A DNA stretch of 64,000 nucleotides, from NCBI RefSeq assembly GCF_006345805.1, contig NC_042999.1:40238001-40302000 (forward strand). Reading direction: 5' to 3'. A program made the translations under genes and the position numbers. The notes under the pieces were generated by a model that was not told the origin of the DNA, did not search any database, and saw only the letters and a list, made by a program, of their open reading frames with translations. Positions 1 to 12,383 of this stretch are shown here, piece by piece. The stretch is from Octopus sinensis. Its lineage: Eukaryota. Position 1 is the stretch's first letter. Each line of letters starts with the position of its first letter.

Positions 1-450
1 TGAAAGGCAAAGTCGACCTCGGCGGATTTTGAACTCAGAGCCGTAAAGACAGACGGAATACCTCTTTCGTTATTACCCACAAGGGGCTAAACATATAGGG
101 GACAAACAAGGACAGACAAACGGATTAAGTCGATTACATCGACACCAGTGCATAACTGGTACTTAATTTATCGACCCCGAAAGGATGAAAGACAAAGTCG
201 ACCTCGGCGGAATTTGGACACAGAATGTAACGGCAGACGAAATACCTATTTCTTTACTACCCACAAGGGGCTAAACAGAGAAGGGACGAACAAGGACAGA
301 CAAATGGATTAAATCGATTATATGTGCGTAACTGGTACTTATTTAATCGAACCCGAAAGGATGAAAGGCAAAGTTGACCTCGGCGGAATTTGAACTCAGA
401 ACGTAAGCATTTCGCCCGGCGTGCTAACGATTCTACCAGCCTACCGCCTT
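1..450 (-). mobile_element. tRNA-derived SINE (Octopus OR/OK-type group) with a tandemly reiterated ~180-bp body; cut by the window edge
   Basis: Minus-strand head aaggcggtaggctggtagaatcgttagc with an A-box-like motif and B-box-like gagttcaaattc. The motif tgaaag(g/a)caaagt(c/t)gacctcggcgga recurs at 1, 186 and 362. Same family as 2247-2484. Confidence 0.85.
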
Positions 451-1521
451 CCTACCTTGTACATATAGCAAGATGATCAACAACACACTGTCATTAATAT
501 CATTACCCGAACAGTAGAAAATGGTTGAACCAATTGTATTTCACTTCCTCAAATAAAATTGCATCTAAATACTTCATATAAGCCAAACCATTCCTAGATT
601 TCTCTGTTTACTTTTTTGTTGTACATAGATGCTCCAACTGCTGCAAGTAAGCTATGTGAAAATAATTCGAAGAAAGCTATGTAAGTGTTTTATACTCGAT
701 GTTTATGGCTACCCATAAAAGTACGAAAATACGAATCAATTATTATTCGTGTGAGTTTAACCAGGAGATCGCAAAAATGCATATTACAATTCACTGTTTT
801 ACATTGAGAATCCATATTATTATTAATAGGAAGCGGGTAACAAAATTTCATTATTTCCAAGAGCATTTAATTTGCATCATCCTTCTATAACAATATTTCA
901 TCGTTTTGCGATGCAATAATAGAATTGTTGATTTAATTTGCTGAATATTTTTTAAAAAAGGTTATGTTAGACTATTGTTTTCATAACTCAAGTCCTCCAA
1001 CTGATCGTAAGTCCCATAATCTTATAAAGAAAACGTTGTAAGCGACTACTAGCTTTCCGTTTAAAAATTATAATAAAGGTTCACAAAAGAAAAAAAAACT
1101 ACAGAAAAATATAGATCTACACTACAAGTTTTTAAATTAATAAATATATAGCCACAATAATGTGTATTAAATATATCATAAAAAAATCTCAGCATCGATA
1201 CACATATATGAAATAGTGTAACTTAATGCCGAAGGAAGGGAAGTCTAATGGTTAGATCAAACAACTAGAAATAGCGTCTGAAATATACTTCATATACAAT
1301 TTGCAGTTCTTCGAAAAATGATCAGCTTAATAGACGAAATATTTAGTCCTATATATCTAAATAGATTTGAACACCATAGGACGACTGGAGGACTTGAATC
1401 GTAAGTAACTGTTACATCAGAGTAGAGATGAGGTCAACATCAACAAAGACACAAAACAAAAAGAAGAAAATGACCAACATGAAAGATTTGTATATAAATA
1501 TATATGTATATATATATATAT

Positions 1522-2002
1522 AGCAATAATAATTCTCTAAATGAGATATAGACAGTGACTGCTCCGTAATATAAGGGATATTAGCCAACTGAATATGGCT
1601 AGGGACAGGGCAGGGTGGTGGGGGTGTCACTGTTGCATTTAGCCCCAGGCGAACATCAACGTCACCAGATAGGCCTGACGCCATCACGGCGCCCTTTATC
1701 TTGCAAAGGGAGATCACTCACCAAGAAGCCGATACCACACACGGACCTAGGTTTCAAGGTGTATTGCCTATTATCAACGTGTGGTAGGCATCGCTTCTCG
1801 ATGAACGACCAACCTTGCAAGATACATATAAGGATTTTCAAGTAAATACATTTACTGATTTCGAAAATCCGTTCGACAGCAATAAGAATTCTCTAAATGA
1901 GATATAGACAGTGACTGCTCCGTAATATAAGGGATATTAGCCAACCGAATATGGCTAGGGACAGGGCAGGGTGGTGGGGGTGTCACTGTTGCATTTAGCC
2001 CC
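1522..2002 (-). mobile_element. Retrozyme-like non-coding element, ~356-bp unit, ~1.35 tandem units, flanked by (TA)n
   Basis: 1522-1646 is repeated at 1878-2002. Contains an HHR motif at 1738-1783. Shares ordered motifs (aatatggcta, tttagccccag, ttgcaaaggga, cacacggac, cgtgtg) with the 353-bp unit at 40862. Confidence 0.75.
1738..1783 (-). ncRNA. Type I hammerhead ribozyme variant (U3-A8 core, U-U at 10.1/11.1)
   Basis: Minus strand reads CACACG UUGAUAA UAGGCAAUACACCUU GAAA C CUAG G UC CGUGUG: 6-bp stem I, palindromic ACCUAGGU stem III, GUC triplet. Confidence 0.65.
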
Positions 2003-2005
2003 GAG

Positions 2006-2046
<41 letters not shown>

Positions 2047-2246
2047 TGTATGTTTGTATGTATGTACATAGTGAAGTAGATTTTCAACTCTGATGTGAAT
2101 GAACGTAAGTAAGGGCGGGGAGTGTAGCTTGGGAAAATGTCGCCGAGGGTAAGCACGAATATTACGCCCCCTTTTGCAACCCCTCCTCCAATAAAATAAT
2201 TGCAGCCTGGATGGTGCTTAATTTGTAAAGATATTTTCGTCGCCTT

Positions 2247-2484
2247 CATACCTATTTCTTTATTACCCACAAGGGGCTAAACACAGAGGGGACAAACAAG
2301 GAGAGACATACGGATTAAGTCGATTACATCGACCCCAGTGCGTAACTGGTACTTAATTTATCGACCCCGAAAGGATGAAAGGCAAAGTCGACCTCGGCGG
2401 AATTTGAACTCACAACGTAACGCAGACGAAATACCGCTAAGCATTTCGCCCGGCGTGCTAACGTTTCTGCCAGCTCGCCGCCTT
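2247..2484 (-). mobile_element. tRNA-derived SINE, single unit, same family as 1-450
   Basis: Head aaggcggcgagctggcagaaacgttagc and B-box-like gagttcaaattc. The 12-bp direct repeat cgccttcatacc at 2241-2252 and 2479-2490 is TSD-like and overlaps the element end. Confidence 0.88.
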
Positions 2485-3333
2485 CATACCGTGACCTGAT
2501 CACTGACAACATTTCGATGCAGCAAGACATTTTTTCAGTGGACAGGTCACGGTTTCAAAGCGAGGAGAATATTTTGACAAATTAAACTTAAATGTTGAAG
2601 TGAATCTAACGGTTTTAGTGTGTTTTTAAATGGCTTATAAATACATTCCCCGCTGCAATTGTATATATGTATATATATATATATATAATAGTAGGTAATA
2701 TAATTCCAAAACTTACAGGGAACACACAATTTAACTATTTTAATCAAATTTCATAATATATAATATATGTATATAATTTAGTGAAAAACCTGTATTACAC
2801 AATTCAATAATGAAAGATGTTATTCATACCATATAAAGCATATACTATAAAAACATTATTCTTAAAATCAATAAAGCACAATAAATAGTAAATAGTAGTA
2901 AAAAGAGTACGCGCGTTTCGTGGGTATATTTTTGAAATAGACTATAATATTAAAATCAGTTCAATCTAAAATCAAAAATTTATTCTATTTAAATATATAG
3001 TCACACATGAGGTCTAAAATAATAAATGCTAAAACTAATAGCAGAATAAATATACTTATCTCAATTTATACTAATTATCAAATATTTTTTCTTCTTTCAG
3101 CTCAAAGTCGCAGCCATGCTGATGCACCGCCGAAAAATACGTGTATTAACTATCCATAATATCCAAGAAACAGCTGTAAGACTACATCTATATCATTTTC
3201 CTTATAAATGTCCTGAATACTACTCACAGACTTGGCCTTTGTTATCTCATTTTGTCTAATATGGGTGTGCGGGTGTGTGTGTGTTTGTATGTATATTTGT
3301 GCGTGTATTTGCGTATATGTATATGTGTATGTA

Positions 3334-3660
3334 TAGTGAAGGCGCATGGCTCAGTGGTTAGAGCTTCGAGCTTACGATCGTGAGGTTGTGAGCTGGAATC
3401 CAGGACGGGGCTGCGTGTTGTGTTCTTTATTTCATGTTTCTTCAGTTCACTCAGATGTAGAAATGAGTTGCGACGTCACTGGTGCCAAGCTGTATCGGAT
3501 TTTGCCTTTCCCTTGGATAACACTGGTTGCGTGGAGAGGGGAGGCGGGTATGCATGGGCGGCTGCTGGTCTTCCATAAACAACCTTGTCCGGACTTGCGC
3601 CTGGGAGGGTAACTTTCTAGGTGCAATCCCATGGTCAGTGTCGTGACCGAAGGGGGTCTC
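3334..3660 (+). mobile_element. tRNA-derived SINE (second family) with LINE-like 3' tail
   Basis: A box tggctcagtggt in a tRNA-like head ggcgcatggctcagtggttagagc; degenerate B box; central cagttcactcagatgtagaaatgagttgc; tail ending gtgaccgaagggggtctc. Confidence 0.75.
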
Positions 3661-3749
3661 AGAACATGTGTATGAGAATTGCATATATGATTTGCGTGTG
3701 TGTACCATGGTAGTAATTACTCTTCTTTCCGACAGTTAAGGAGTACATA

Positions 3750-4564
3750 CAAGGGCTGATTGATAATTATCCGGACAGTTGTGATTGTAATGAGGCCAAA
3801 ATACGCAGAGTAAATCTGGTTGGCACAGATTAACCTTGAGCTCTTCTGTGCAGGCCCACTAAGTTTTAAAATTCTAGTTCACTTACGCTGTTTACAGCAG
3901 AGCTTCGAAGAAACGTCTATAGCGTGTGATTATCGCATTGATAGTGAAAGATGAGCAGGGAATCTGCATCAAATTTTGCTAAAAGCTTGGTGATACCTGC
4001 CCCTGAGGCTTACGCAATGTTTTCAACTTTTTTTCATCGTTCTTTCATCGTTTCTTTTGCAACTGAAACCCCGAGTGTATTTTTGGTCAGCTGAAAGTTT
4101 TGCCACAAACTTGGCCGACACACGTTTCATGTCCATATCTTCAGTGATAATGGACTGAACTGAACCGTAACTAATCTGCACATCCTCTGAAAACTCACTA
4201 TTTCCTCTTCCAGCTGTACGCACATCTGTCTCAGTTCTGCTGGTTGCGTACTTCCCAAAACGTTCCTCAATATCGACACAGTTTTCATCCATCTTGGAAA
4301 TGTCTGAACCACTTATACACTTGTGCGTAGGCCTCTGAGCAGCTATCGCCGTGACAACTTTCTCTGTCATGATCAATGCAATGATCACACGCTACACACG
4401 GCCCTTCCAAGCAGGGCTGCAAACAACGGAAGTGAGCTAGAACGTTAAACCTTAGTGCGCATGCAGAACAGAGGTCACGGTCAATCTGTACCAAGCGACT
4501 TTACGCTTCGTACTTTAGCTTTGTTACTATGACACCAATCCGGATACTTATTGATCAGTCCTCG
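3750..4564. mobile_element. Mariner-derived element made of two 5' ends in inverted orientation
   Basis: TIRs caagggctgattgataattatccgga and (rc) cgaggactgatcaataagtatccgga, each with a flanking TA. The + arm encodes ..EQGICIKFC*KLGDT; the - arm encodes AYAQVYKWFRHFQDG and MKRVSAKFV (transposase N-terminal HTH region). Confidence 0.75.
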
Positions 4565-5111
4565 TATACATACATACGGCCAACATATGATCGAAACATC
4601 TTAAGTACTGGATTTAATATTACTTGAGTTGATCTTATTACGGCAAGTATCGGAGGTTGAATAGGTTATTTGTTCTTTATATGTTTATTTCGCTTATTCC
4701 TTTGTATTGTAAGTTCTACATTCACAATATCATTTCGGGAACAAGCTCTTTATTGTATATCTTCTGTTTGTTCTAACTATAAGGTAATATTTATTATTTA
4801 TGTAAATGCTGCTAATTCTAGTGCCAAGTAAGTGTTGGTGTAATTGACAAACGTTGCTAATGTTTCACTCCCGCTGCTCATTATTGATTCACAGGCAGTG
4901 TATATGTTTCTTAAGGCTGTTAATCCACCTAGATTTCATTCTACCGCCCGAGTGACAAAATTATAGTGATAGCTATTTAGTAACCGATTATGGACTACGT
5001 ATCTGTTATGGTTGTTTTGTGGATTTTTATATCTTAGTTTCGTTATTCTAAGTTGTCTTTCATTCATTAAAATGTTTGTGAAGATTGATATTGGTTGCTT
5101 TATTTTTTTGT

Positions 5112-5552
5112 TTTTTACTTGTTTCAGTCATTTGACTGTGGCCACGCTGGAGCACAGCTTTTAGTCGAGCAAATCGACCCCAGGACTTATTCTTTGTAAG
5201 CCTAGCACTAATTCTATCGGTCTCTTTGGCCGAACCGCTCTGTTACGGGGACGTAAACACACCAGCATCGGTTGTCAAGCGATGTTGGGGGGGAACAAAC
5301 ACAGACACACAAACATATATATACACACATACATACATATATATACATACATATAGATATATAGATATATATATACATATATACATATATACGACGGGCT
5401 TCTTTCAGTTTCCATCTACCAAATCCACTCACAAGGCTTTGGTCGGCTCGAGGCTATAGTAGAAGACACTTGCCCAAGGTGTCAGGCAGTGGGACTGAAC
5501 CTGGAACAATGTGGTTCGTAAGCAAGCTACTTACCACATAGCTACTCCCAAC
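5112..5552 (-). mobile_element. Abundant Octopus tRNA-derived SINE (family A), full length
   Basis: Minus-strand head gtggtaagtagcttgc..ggttcagtcccact, internal (TA/CA)n tract, tail ctccagcgtggccacagtcaaatgactgaaacaagtaaaa. Confidence 0.9.
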
Positions 5553-5659
5553 CGTATTAAGCTTAGGTATCGCTTACATATTGGTGCCTAATTTGGACAT
5601 GTTCTGTGGCATACATACATGGACGGAGAGATGGATAGATAAACAGATATATGGATATG

Positions 5660-5770
5660 TGTGTATGTGTGTATGTATGTATGTATGTACGTATGTATGT
5701 ATGTATGTATGTATGTATGTATGTATGTATGTATGTATGTATGTATGTATGTATGTATGTATACACACAC
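5660..5770. repeat. (TATG)n microsatellite
   Basis: Direct reading; immediately upstream of an RTE 3' fragment. Confidence 0.97.
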
Positions 5771-5930
5771 ACAACTACAGCCGGCTATTACCGGTAAAGG
5801 TTTTAGTTGCCAATTCTGTACAAGACATTGTAGATCTTTAGCCGGGCTAAAAAGTCACATTCGATCACAGCACTAGTAACAGTTAAGCTTCGTGCAATGG
5901 CCATACTCGATAACGAGGGGGTAGCCATAA
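5771..5930 (+). mobile_element. RTE-clade LINE 3' end (5'-truncated)
   Basis: Encodes CQFCTRHCRSLAGLKSHIRSQH*, the C2H2-like C-terminus typical of RTE ORFs. A near-identical second copy lies at 53941-54213. Confidence 0.7.
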
Positions 5931-5969
5931 TACACACACACACACACACACACACATACACACATACAC

Positions 5970-6018
<49 letters not shown>

Positions 6019-8963
6019 TGTATGTTGTTCCAGCTAAATCTTCTTATTACTATGACCCCTATCCCCAGGAACAGCTCAATGTATCAGTGAGCATTGGAAG
6101 AGCATAACAACATCAGTAATAGTTGAGAAAAAGATTAGCTGCTACATACGACTAGACGCCATCTGAAAATTAGAAAACACTTACCTGTATCATGACAATT
6201 CACGCCGGGTATCTAAATACCGATGTCATGACTGCTGCTCAATGGAATTAAAGAAAGAAGTGAAATATATGGCAGTGCAGGCAAAACTATATAAAGAAAT
6301 TTTATTAGCTACTTTTCTTTCGTCTATTTTGTTCTTTGCTGATCGTGATCAGCATCATTTCTATGAGACATATGCTGTCATATATTGTTTGCCCTTATTT
6401 GGTCGTATATTTTCATACGTTGTTTTATATTTCGTTACTAGTTAATGCCACATAATGTCAATTTGAAATTTTGCTGTGAAAGATTATAAGATATAAATAT
6501 GTCAAATATTAAAGCTTAAAGTGGGAGTAAAAGAAAATATTTCTCTTACGTTCGGAATAGGTATACTAATATTATATATATGATTGTTCAACATCACTTT
6601 GTTCTTAGTCAAAAGGCTTTACAGCATAACTTTGATCCTAAACATAACTTAGATCAAAGTAACGAAAAATTGACTATAATTACAGAAGACAAAATCTGAT
6701 GTAAGACAAAGACAACAAGAAGGAAAAATAGTGAAAATTAGAACACTTTGAACACAATGTTTGTATGAGAATTAGAACCATTGTTGAGCAGCATATACTT
6801 AGTAAAACACTAGAGTAGAAATACAAAAGATAATACTTACCAATTAATACGAAATAAGTTCATACATCTGCATATAGTAAAAATCCATACTGACTTTCAA
6901 CCACATGAAAGCAATATATCCATATAGCGATTACGAACGATTTTCTTGTTTATATCACCATTAATAGCTTCTTGTTTTATAGCTGTTGTACAGAATAACA
7001 CACATTATATAAAACACCTTGGCGTTCCAGTGAAGGCGCCAGTTCTTTCCTGTTTAACAGACTGAAGATTACTAAAGTTAAATACGTTTAAAGATTCCAC
7101 CACCTGAAGTAATTAACGGTATTCAATCACGCGAACAAAACATTATGATTTGATATGTTGATAACGTTAGCCAAGTATTGCAAATCCGCTCTCTAGACTA
7201 TGATTTTAACAATCTGCAGTATTTTTTGAATTACACAAGGGAAGTGTTTAATATAATCTATCAATTTATAAAAGAAGCTCATTCCAAACACTCAGGAGTT
7301 TCAGAATATATTCCTCGTAATTGCAGTTATGGAAATTGTTTGCATAAAACAGAAAATACATATTTTGTGATTCTTTCGGCATTCTAATGCAATTTCAGTT
7401 TATTTTCCTTCCTTTCGCTTAATAATACAATCTGAATTGGTTGGGTTATCCACATGTCAGATAATTCATCGTCTCCAATGTTCTTTTCAAATAACGAAAA
7501 CGGCATTTCAATAAATATTTACGCAAATCATGGAAGATATTCAGTCTTTTTTAATTTACCAAGCTGAAGAGAATGCATATGGTTAGTACAGAAATTATGT
7601 AACAAAGAATTTAGTAGAGTTTTACAATTTGTATTTCTTACATACTAAACATTTTAAATTTAAGAATAAATAATTGGTTAATGTTGCATAATTATTCTAC
7701 CAGTGAGCAAGTTATCAATTCTTCTCGAAATCTAGTAACCTACTGCTAGTGCATTTGTTATTCACATTGTCACGAAATGAACATCAGTTTACATTCCCTA
7801 ATGGAACCTCGCGAATCCATAGCTAAGACCTAATCTCTTGCTCTTTAAAAGTCAGCACATTCTATAGAGTTATATATAGACATTGCAGCATAAACTTTTG
7901 CAGTATAATTCAACTTGATACAGTTATTTAGAATTTCATTTTGCAGTTACATATCTCCGAGCTTGTTCACAGCGCACATCAAACTGGATCCGTTTTCACT
8001 TTCTTGGCTTCGAGTCTTGCGATAGAAATTCGGTGGTGGACAGAAAGTCTGTAGTACCTCTACATGTACCACATCTGGTCTTAGCTTTTCTTTATTCAGA
8101 CCATGACTCAGTTAAAGTCAAGCATCTGGTTCTTCAGTGTTTTTAGCATCGAGAACAAAGTTGCAAGAATTCAAGATAGATGTCCGGTCCGGAAAAAAAG
8201 TTTTTGCCATCTGCTCGACAGTCTGAAGTCTTGAAAATGATAATGAGCCGCTACTTTCCCTATCCGATGAAAACATTTTAAAAAAATAATGAATGTTTTC
8301 TTAAAGTGGACATAATCAATGCAAATCACCACATGAAAGTTTACATTATGAGGAATGGAAGATTAGCTTTAATATCATGAATCGTTAAAAAGAACACGCC
8401 AAGAAAAAATACAAAAGGTTTTATTTTCATGTCAGATCGATGACTGGCGAGTTTTGTAATGGCTAAAAGGATCTCAATCGAGGTAGTGATGTAATTACGT
8501 CTTCCTGTTGCAGTATTTTTGAAAATATACAGGGAATCTATTATTTTTGTTTTGTAATATTCTACGAGTGGTAGTTATACCAAAGTTACAAAGCGCCTTC
8601 GTGGCGGAAAGTAAGTAGTGACAAATATTTTTCATTGATAGCTCTCTATGCTTACACTGTTGTCAGCCATGGTAAGAATCGAGATATGGATAGCAGTAAA
8701 TGTTTGTTCAATATTTAATTGTAGAAGAAGAAAATCGTTTCTGTTAAAGACACGCACTCGTATATTCAAGAAATGCAAATTGATACAATGTTAACAATAG
8801 CGAGTTATGGGCAAAACTATGATATAATGATGACAACGATGACGACGACGACGACGACAACGATTATGATTTGATCTCTACACTCCAACATATTATGGTC
8901 AAAACAGCCAGTCAGATATGGAGTGTTTCCATCTAATGAAGAAAATAAACATTATACATATAT

Positions 8964-9379
8964 ACTCTTTTACTTGGTTCAGTCATTTGAATGCGGCCAT
9001 GCTGGAGCACTGCCTTTAGTCGAGCAAATCGAACCCAGAACTTATTCTTTGTAAGCCTAGTACTTATTCTATCGGTCTCTTTTTGCCGAACCGATAAGTT
9101 ACGGGGATGTAAACACACCAGCATCGGTTGTCAAGCGATGCTGGGGGGAACAAAGACAGACACACAAACCTATACACTCACATACATATATACATACATA
9201 TATACGATGGGCTTCTTTCAGTTTTCGTCTACCAAATCCACTCACAAGGCTTTGGTCGGCCCGAGGCTATAGTAGAAGACATTTGCTCAAGGTGCTACGC
9301 AGTTGGACTGAACCCGGAACCATGTGATTTGTAAGCAAGCCCTAGGCTTATACTTACGACACTGCCACTCCAACGCCTA
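8964..9379 (-). mobile_element. SINE family A, full length
   Basis: Aligns by eye to 5112-5552 from tail to head. Confidence 0.9.
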
Positions 9380-9959
9380 TAGAACTAGATATTTCTGACC
9401 TATACACAAAATGAAAGTATATGATCTCTGCTTCCAGTTTAGACTACTATATTCTATTTATTTTAGTTGTAGAAAAATATCATCATAACCAAATACCATC
9501 AAAATGGTTGCCTCACCAAGTAACGACTGTTACTGTATGACACGTCAGAATGATGACTGATCGACTTTAATGGCATCCCGATCAACCTTAAAATACAAGG
9601 AACTGATGTCGCTTAAAGTACAATACTCCAGCATTTCATCAAAATTCCCCCTGAGTACTACCACTATTTCTGAATACAAGGACAAAAAATATAGAACATA
9701 CAGAACATATTTTAGGGCCAAGCGACTGTTGTCACCTTGTAGTATTACAGCCATGCGACTTGAACTGACCAAAATAAGCCTAAAGACCTGAAAGTCACAT
9801 TGAATTACTTTTCATAATCTATCCAGTCTCCTTGCCTTACAGCTAAAGAACTTTTAGTAAGTGGAAGCTAAATCAAGGAAATAAAACTGTTATTAAAAAC
9901 ATGTCATCAAATATGGTGAATGCTACATACATTTCTTGTGTGTGTTTGTGTGCCTGTGT

Positions 9960-10170
9960 ATTCTTTTATTCATTTATTTATTTCAGTCACATGGCCATGG
10001 CCATGCTGGAGCAACATCATAAGTGATGTTTTTTAGTCGAAAAAATCGACAACCAGGACTTCATCTCTGTAAACCTAGTACTTACTCTGTCGGTCACTTT
10101 TGCCGAACCGCTAGCTTAAGTGTACGTAAACAGTGTGCATAAACAAACTAGGTGGGGGAAACGCATAGAT
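9960..10170 (-). mobile_element. SINE family A, degenerate 3' half
   Basis: Contains ggccatgctggagc..ttagtcga..aaacctagtacttactctgtcggtc..tttgccgaaccgct. Confidence 0.7.
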
Positions 10171-10199
10171 TCAAAGACATACTCATACTGTTAATTTTA

Positions 10200-11745
10200 T
10201 ACTGTTGTGTGACCATAGCTAGGAACAGTAAACCGGGCGGCTGAGGACTTATGTCCTTCAGAGGAACATCATGGTTCCTTTTCCCTGGTTCTGAACGTTA
10301 TTAGGATCTATCCAGCCAGTGGTCGACACTTCGTCGACATCCTGGTAATATGCACTTCGAAAGAGGTATCTTCACTAATGTCGATATCCAGGACCTTCAC
10401 TGGACGCTACTAGCGCAGGGCTTGGAATTTTTCAGCATTAAACTGTATATTATTATCCTCAGGCTATCTGTAAATTGAGTCCAACTCTGCTGCAGATGTG
10501 CAACATCGCTCGAGTTCTGTATTTTCTGCAAGACTTTCGTATCATCTGCGAAGCTATCAAGGGTGGCTATCCAGGCAGTTGAGGACATATCTGAGAGGGC
10601 ACTAGCAAAAGCCGTAGTCCCAAACTAGTACCCTGCGGAACACCGCTCACTATTTGTGTTTTCATTGTGGTGGCTACATTGGCCACTACTGCCTGACTTC
10701 TATCTGTCAGAATGTCATGTAATCCCTCTCCAAGTTTCCCGGCTCTCTCGCTAGTTATCAATGAGGCAACAAAGAAATCCACTGGTTCGTTCGCTTCTCT
10801 GTGTTCCAATGGGGTAGTAAAGACACTTTTGTCCACACTGCTCCTGGTTGGACTATCTGTGAGGGAGCCATCCTTTTAGAAGAGGGGTCCTATTTTGCAG
10901 CGTACTGAGGCTGTTCGTTTTGCGTAATGAAAGAAGGCCTTTGCCTTTGATTTCATGTTTTTTTTTATAACCTAGGCCTTTTTGTCTACTCTGTCCCTCA
11001 CATGGGATTGTTGCAGGCTTTTTTCAATCTCCATGAGTGTTCTTTTCAAGCGGGAACTTTCGCTACTTTTAGAAAAAAAGGTTGAGGCGATTTGCAGCCT
11101 TCGTCCTTCGAATCGGGTTCCTTCTTGGGTTGACCGTGTGCTCAGGCACATATTTCTGGCATATGGTTTGTATAACACACATGAAACATTCTAGTTTCAT
11201 GCAAATGTCTGGTGTGGAGTGATATTTCGGCCAGTCCCATCTGAGGATCTCTTTTCGGATCGATTTCCAATCACCTTTGTGGAATTTCAGATTGAGAGAT
11301 TTTGGGTGCTTCCTTTAGGCTGTATGTCTCTGGCTACTTTCGGCCCAAACATAGACAGCTCAATTATGAACGATGTCTATATTGTTTGTGAAGAAGAGAT
11401 CCAAAATGTTATTCGACCTAGTTGGTCTGGGTACAACTTGCTACATGAATAGGGCATTGGTGAGATTGAGCAGGGACTCCAACTGTGTTTCTTTCCAATG
11501 AGTCTTTCGTGAGAGTTTGAAGCCTACAGGCCATTTGATGTTGGGGAAGTTGAAATCGCCCATAAGAAATACACTCAAGTGGTGTTCCAGTTTCATGAGG
11601 ATTTCTTTAATTCGTGTGAGGCAATCTTCAAATTTGCGTATATGGTTTGGAGTATCCGGTGCGTGATATGTATTGCATATGACTATAATGTTCATACACC
11701 ACCAGTAACCATGTGTTACTATGTGTTGCCTAATCATGTGTTACC
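10200..11745 (-). mobile_element. Degenerate CR1-like LINE (APE endonuclease C-terminus plus internally deleted RT)
   Basis: Peptides LMGDFNFPNIKW (endonuclease), SGVPQGTSLG and SFADDTKV (RT), with multiple stops and frameshifts. Confidence 0.88.
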
Positions 11746-12114
11746 AAACAACCTCTCCTGCAACCTTATATATATTTATTTATAAATTTTGTCTAATCAA
11801 TGACTTGCTAGTTTGAATTTTACCTGTAAATGCAATGGATTCTTGAGCATGCTTTGACTAGATATTAACGGAGTTTATAGATTCATACGTAGTTTTCCTT
11901 TCAGAAGGTGTTGCGAGGGAGAGAAAAAACGATGAACAAGGTAAGAGAATAAAGATGGAGAAAAGTTCCTCTGCCAAAAATGTAAAAGACGTGGAAATAA
12001 TGAGGGGAAGGTGGAAAATGGAGCTCCTGTAGAATAATTTATCCAAAGTAAAATATATAATCGCTCTCTTGTATGGTATTGAGTACACTTTTTGCTGACA
12101 GCTAGCACAAAGTG

Positions 12115-12115
12115 G

Positions 12116-12189
<74 letters not shown>

Positions 12190-12275
12190 ATATCTATCTA
12201 TCTATCTATCCATCTATCTATCTATCTATCTATCTATATATCTATATATCTATCTATCTATCTATCTATCTGTCT
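12115..12275. repeat. (TATC)n microsatellite
   Basis: Direct reading. Confidence 0.97.
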
Positions 12276-12322
12276 GACTGGCTGTTTTTCTGTCTGTTTT
12301 TCTGTCTATCTGTCTCTCTCTG

Positions 12323-12354
<32 letters not shown>

Positions 12355-12383
12355 AAGAGAGTAGAGCAAGTCGCAAAATAAAT

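Noticed and set aside
1365-1400. 36-nt plus-strand microexon (AG..GTAAGT)
   Set aside because: The acceptor is weak, and GTAAGT is expected many times by chance in 64 kb of AT-rich DNA.
2900-3015. Minus-strand CTCATGT-GTG..CAC-GAAAC-GCGC-GTA, a possible long-loop HHR relic
   Set aside because: It needs two core substitutions, a stem I mismatch and an ~85-nt loop; too permissive to claim without a family consensus.
3341-3410. tRNA genes (also at 47690 and other SINE heads)
   Set aside because: A/B boxes are present, but no full cloverleaf was found and each continues into a SINE body.
6185-6867. Two minus-strand exon-like segments (6867-6841 and about 6235-6185) with good donors
   Set aside because: The second has stops in all three frames and there is no homology; could be UTR or chance, and needs RNA-seq.
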